Below are positions 40,686-64,000 of a DNA stretch of 64,000 nt, piece by piece (the stretch's first letter is position 1; each line of letters starts with the position of its first letter). The DNA comes from Bugula neritina. Lineage: Eukaryota; Animalia; Bryozoa. The stretch covers positions 11,220,818-11,284,817 of the forward strand of contig OZ037772.1 in NCBI GenBank assembly GCA_964035545.1, in the 5' to 3' direction. The notes under the pieces were generated by a model. It saw only the letters and a list, made by a program, of their open reading frames with translations, searched no databases and was not told where the DNA came from. The position numbers and the translations under genes were made by a program.

Positions 40686-43600
40686 ATGCATAAAACTACT
40701 TGTTCACTAAACTCCTATCTATCCTACATCTCCATCACTGCACTGCATGGGAACACTTGATGGGCACTAATCATGGTTTACAGCAAGACGTAGGTTTTAG
40801 CAAGCCATCTGGCAACCAGAATCTGAGTTCAGAACAAAACAATTTCAAGACTTTAGGTGCACATGTCTATATAGCTCAATGTGCAACTAACAATGCCAAA
40901 ACAAAAAGTTGCTTGCTTGAAGGAAATGCTGCTAGTTCTGGTATTAACAGTTGTGAACATGCAGACTAAACATCAATTACCAAAAACAGGCAATCCGCAA
41001 AAAGGATTTAAATTTAGCTCTACAAAATTCAAACATTGAAATTGCTTATAAAAGCATATGTTGAGTATAAAAACATACAGTGCATACACTGAGATCGGAT
41101 TATTACTCTAGCATGGAAACAATATAGACAGGTATACTTAATTCCAATTATAATAGCGGATGATAAATGACTTTGAGTGGTGAATATTATAGGAGAGAGC
41201 TACGGTCTCTGGTGAAACTGACAGCGTTACACAGGATAAGCAGAACTGGGCCAAAACCCATCAATCACAAATAATTTAGAAACAATTTAGAATAGGATTG
41301 CTAGTAGAGCTGTCTGTGAATAGGTACAGATGGCAAGCTGAACTGCTAGCAGATTTATACGAGTCTAACAGACATTACCAAGCTGTATGTAACTTGTTTC
41401 AACACTGCATTTTCTATTGCTTGGCATAAACGAAATAGTATGTTGAAAACAACTGAAATCTGTTTTTCAGTAATGTATTACTTGAAAAACTCATTCTTAT
41501 GCTATTTATTGATTATGTTGAAATTGAAAATCAACTTCAACATTTTACGTATGAACCAATTTCATAGAAAAACAATGATTGAAAAAAAGTTGAATTTGAA
41601 AGCAGTGTTGGTTTTAGCAGTTGGTTTTCTTGTGGAAGGTAGTCTGTGTTTAAAGTTAGACTCATTCCTCAAGCCAGTGAAAGATAGGAACTTTCGCAAC
41701 CTAAGTATTGCCTATATTTATTGTTCATGTTTTTTCAGTTGGCTGATGCATGTAAATACTACTGTAAAACAGAACAATATGATTAAATTGCTTTGGAAAT
41801 CTTTGCCCCATTCAATAAAGTAAAAAGATATTCATTTGTAGACTGAGTTTCAAACTTTCAGGTTACTGTAAGCTGAGATAAAGTTTGGTTTCATCTTCTA
41901 TCTGTGAATATTCAGAGATTTGAAACTATTTTTTAAGCTCAAAGTTGTGTTTCTACTTTAATGCATAGGTTGATAACTCTTGTTAGTTCGATTGTTTACC
42001 AGAACCTAAAAGTAATCCATAAACTTTTTTGGCATGTATTCTTTGCCCAAAACGCTTTGATCAGCTCATAAACTTATTTCATGCCTAAACCTAATTGTGG
42101 GTGTCATTGTATAAAGTTTAGGGCTATTTTTGATGGCAATGTGAGTTGGGCTACACAAGGTACAAGCAGATACAATGATGATTTCATAAGAATAACCAAC
42201 CAGATCAGCTGTTACATTTCATGAGGGGCTCATAAGGGCTGACTCAATATTCGTTACATTAGCTTATAAAAACTTCTATTTTTCTCAATATATAATTACA
42301 TATTTTTTGCGTTTGTTTCCTTCAAAGCTATAATCTTCCAACAAAAGTGGGCGACAAACAAGCCAAAATATAAACCCTGATAATCAGCGTGACTGTTTTA
42401 AATGAGTACTAATTCAAAAACTTACAATTACAGCATACTTCTAAAATCGTTTAGCTTAAAGTTGGGTTTAAAGCAGATTTGCTTTCGGTCAAAGTTACCC
42501 CGAGAAACTTGTATATGTAGGAGTTTATCAGCAAAGCACAGTAATTCTTCTCAGCTTTATTAAAGATTCTGGTAAACTGGGTGTTTAATAAAACATGGGA
42601 AGCTTTAAAAGCTTCCCATGTTTGTTGAAATCTCTGACTTGCACATTTCATATCGTCTTCTGGTTGTTTTTGCTTAGCTCCTTAAACATTTCTAAAATAC
42701 AGCTAACGAGAGCTTTTACTTGTGCACCCGCTTTGACTGGCATCTTTAAAGCAGTGACTAATTCCCTTCTTTCTATCATTACTATATACTTCAGTAGTGC
42801 AGCAAAAATGTTGAAATCACAGAGAATTGCACACTATACATCATTGTATTTAGTCTAATCTAATGTTTTAAGAAAATTTTCAGTCAAATGAAGTGAAAAC
42901 TGGTACAGACTTGCTTATTTACTTCAAATATACAGCTTAAGCTTGTGTCTAAATGTCAACAGAGAATTATGTAGTACATGCCTCTTATACTGTCCCTTGG
43001 TTACCAATTTTGTATCTTAACGTTGATTGTGTCAAGTTTGGAACTGTCAAAGATAAGTAAAATGAAATGCTTTTCCATTGAACTGCACCTCTTCAAAAGC
43101 AATATACAAATAGCTTACCAAAGTTTTCTCTCAACTTTGACTCTTTGGCTTTAAAAAACTCAAATCAATAAGCCGTAATATATTTACTGAAAGATTAACT
43201 CACATTGTCAGCATGAACTGTGAAGAAGTCAACTCGGCTGTCCATATACTAGTCTGATGGAGAAAGTTTACAGCTTCCACTCTGTGCAATGCTAACAGCA
43301 ACTAGCCGCGCCGACTTGCTTCACCAAGTGGTGCACCCACAAGCTATCAATTACTTACTCTATTTCCATATATTAAAGGAATAGCCCTGTGTTGATCACT
43401 GCAGTGGAAGGGTAGCAGTGCCACCCACAAAGTCATGGTAGTTGTGTTATAGCTCACTAACCAGTTTAATCACCATGGCAACCAGACATAACTCAGCTTA
43501 CTGAATGAAATAACTGAAAACTAATGGAGAGAGTTGAAGTGGTGATATGGTGAGAGAAGTGAAGGTTAAAGACAGTGTTGGGTTAAGAAGGACTTGTTAG

Positions 43601-43740
43601 GGTTCAAACGGCTGCTGACAAATCATTGATAACTTTCCTACACATTTCTAATCCAAAAACTCAGTAGAGAAATATATATATTATTTGAAGCAGGCTATAG
43701 TATATAAATAAACTTACAGCTTATTTCACGAAAGTTACTT

Positions 43741-43840
43741 GGAGCAGCACTGAGTTGGAGGTCACAAGGGAGATTTGAAGTTCGGACAATAGTATGTGTA
43801 CATATAATGTACTCAATCACCTCCAGCTCAGTACTGCTTC
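43741..43840. mobile_element. ~100-bp MITE-like element, copy 2
   Basis: TIRs gcagcactgagttggaggt / acctccagctcagtactgc; the interior is the reverse complement of the 16994-17104 copy. Confidence 0.65.
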
Positions 43841-45751
43841 TAGCAATATTCTTAATTAACAAATAATTTTGTAGCTATTTTACAGTTCATCTCATCAGAT
43901 ATCTATAACAGTTCACCTTTAGTATTATAACTGAAACAAAAAGAGATCAATTTTATATAAACACTATAACCCACAAAGTACATCCTGGTTATGCCAGATT
44001 TAGAAAAAAAGTAATATAATTATTATGTAGTTAATTAAACACTGCAACATCCTGCAGAGATATAATTGTATAGTACATCAGACTGCATAGAAATATTTCT
44101 TGTATATTAAATGATTTTTTTTTATAAATTCAATTAAAATTCTACCAGATGCAAAGAGCAATAACCTGAATGCACCGACCAGATGAAACAGGTGGGTGAA
44201 TATGGAACTCTAAGATACGTTACAGACTATTTTCAGACATATTGCTTTTGACGTAGCGTAATTTATCTGCTGCAGGAGGAAGACATTAAAATCCGAGACA
44301 TTTACTAAATTAAAATATTACCTTTCTGTGACTGCTGCAATTTATGTTTAAAATAATAGTATACTTATATATAGTATCATAATACCTATTAATAAGCTAT
44401 AATGATCCATCAATAAATAATAATAATATCTACACCCTGCAACCTTCAACATAATATATTGAATCTAAAGTAATGTAGGTGTATGACTAGATAACATAAT
44501 CTAACACTTCGTACATGTATGTCTATAATACAACAACTACAATCCTGCTACACATTTTTCAGTATAATAATATATAATAATATAATAGTAATTTCAGACA
44601 CAAATCTGTATACACTATAGGCTATTCACAAGATGGTATCTTTTATGCAAGTATAAATATAACACACATGATATAATTTTGCCTGTATTTAATATGCAAT
44701 ATAAAAATTTCAGCTCATCTTTAGCAAGAATTATTGAATTATGTGCTAATCATTAATTTTTCCTACAATTGAAGCAATAAAACTTCTACAGGCCATCATT
44801 TGTTATGTTCCAATAAAATGCTTAGAGTTTTTATGCGAAAATGTTTCCAACAGTAAGATATTCTACATCACATGAAAGAAGCTACTGAACGCATGCTGCA
44901 AGGCTGATAATGTCTACACTGCCCTTTAGAGCAGGTTGTGCAATATAGTAATTTGAGTCAGGTAGCTTAAAACATTTTAATGTCTTGGGAGGTGGAGAGG
45001 GGGGGCTGGACAGACAGTAAAAAACCATTTAAAGTTGGGAATTAAGCTATAGCAATACTTAACTCAGCAAATTAGAGTAGACACACATATTTAATACAAA
45101 AGCAAAAATCTTCACTACTATTTAAATATTATCGTGGCTTACAAGTTCTAATATATTTTTTATAGAACAATCTAAAAAATCATAGCTTATTAGTGTTTAA
45201 GAAAGCAGACTACCAATGATCTACATGTGTATCATTATGTTACTATTATGAATCAACAGGAGTCTCAACACGTACAATACATGGCTAAGTGAGCAGCTGA
45301 AATAGAAAAATTAATCTCAGGTGACATTTACTCTCTAATTTTAGTTTCACTTACTAATATTGTTGACTACCAAACATGTTTTAAAATAAGTATATGAAAA
45401 TAAACATTGATACAAATTCGAATCGGGTGTTTCAAAACATTCGATTTGAAAATACTTCATACTAACGTGTACGTAGTTCTACACAAAGCTCTATTAATAT
45501 TCAATATTCTTTTCAATGGCTGCATAAAGATGAAAAAATACAATTATTGCACCAGAGGCAAAGTGCATCTTTTTGCTAAGGAAAACTGAAACGTGATTGT
45601 TAAGTCCAAAGACAAAGAAATACTAGGCAAATGTGACTTTTCAGAATATTAACAGCTTAGCTTGAGTTATCTCCCTTGCCGTATGGTCACCCAAAGGAGA
45701 GTTTCTAATCAGTAGCTGCATTACACAATGACCTTGACATTGTAACCGAGT

Positions 45752-64000
<18,249 letters not shown>

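Noticed and set aside
36500-45700. Scattered short ORFs and splice-like signals (e.g. 41440-41823, 42451-42858, 43119)
   Set aside because: Could not be chained into a phase-consistent gene and no motif was recognisable; may be UTR exons or decayed repeats.

Overview
AT-rich, intron-containing animal (invertebrate, probably lophotrochozoan-type) genomic DNA with no prokaryotic features. Exons were assembled by hand from splice signals and reading-frame phase. Six protein-coding genes were found: (1) + strand, a 4-exon, 162-aa four-TM MS4A/CD20-like protein (2309-5109); (2) - strand, a 3-exon, 446-aa class A peptide-receptor-like GPCR (10129-15047); (3, 4) + strand, two tandem secreted single-domain C-type lectins (19393-20670, 21251-21906); (5) - strand, a ~17-exon, ~1030-aa Ser-rich protein with no domain I recognise (~24733-36389); (6) - strand, the 3' half of a Cav2 (cacophony/CACNA1A/B-type) calcium channel alpha-1 gene, from the II-III loop to the C-terminal ...EWC* (45752 to beyond 64000). 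Repeats include six copies of a tRNA-derived SINE (most with clear target-site duplications), a MITE pair, a ~400-bp intronic palindrome and many micro- and minisatellites. The most interesting signal is a candidate splicing module tuning voltage sensor IV of the Cav2 channel: two tandem, apparently mutually exclusive IVS2 exons that differ at the outer counter-charge (Asn vs Glu), plus candidate microexons. All gene models are manual and lack transcript support.
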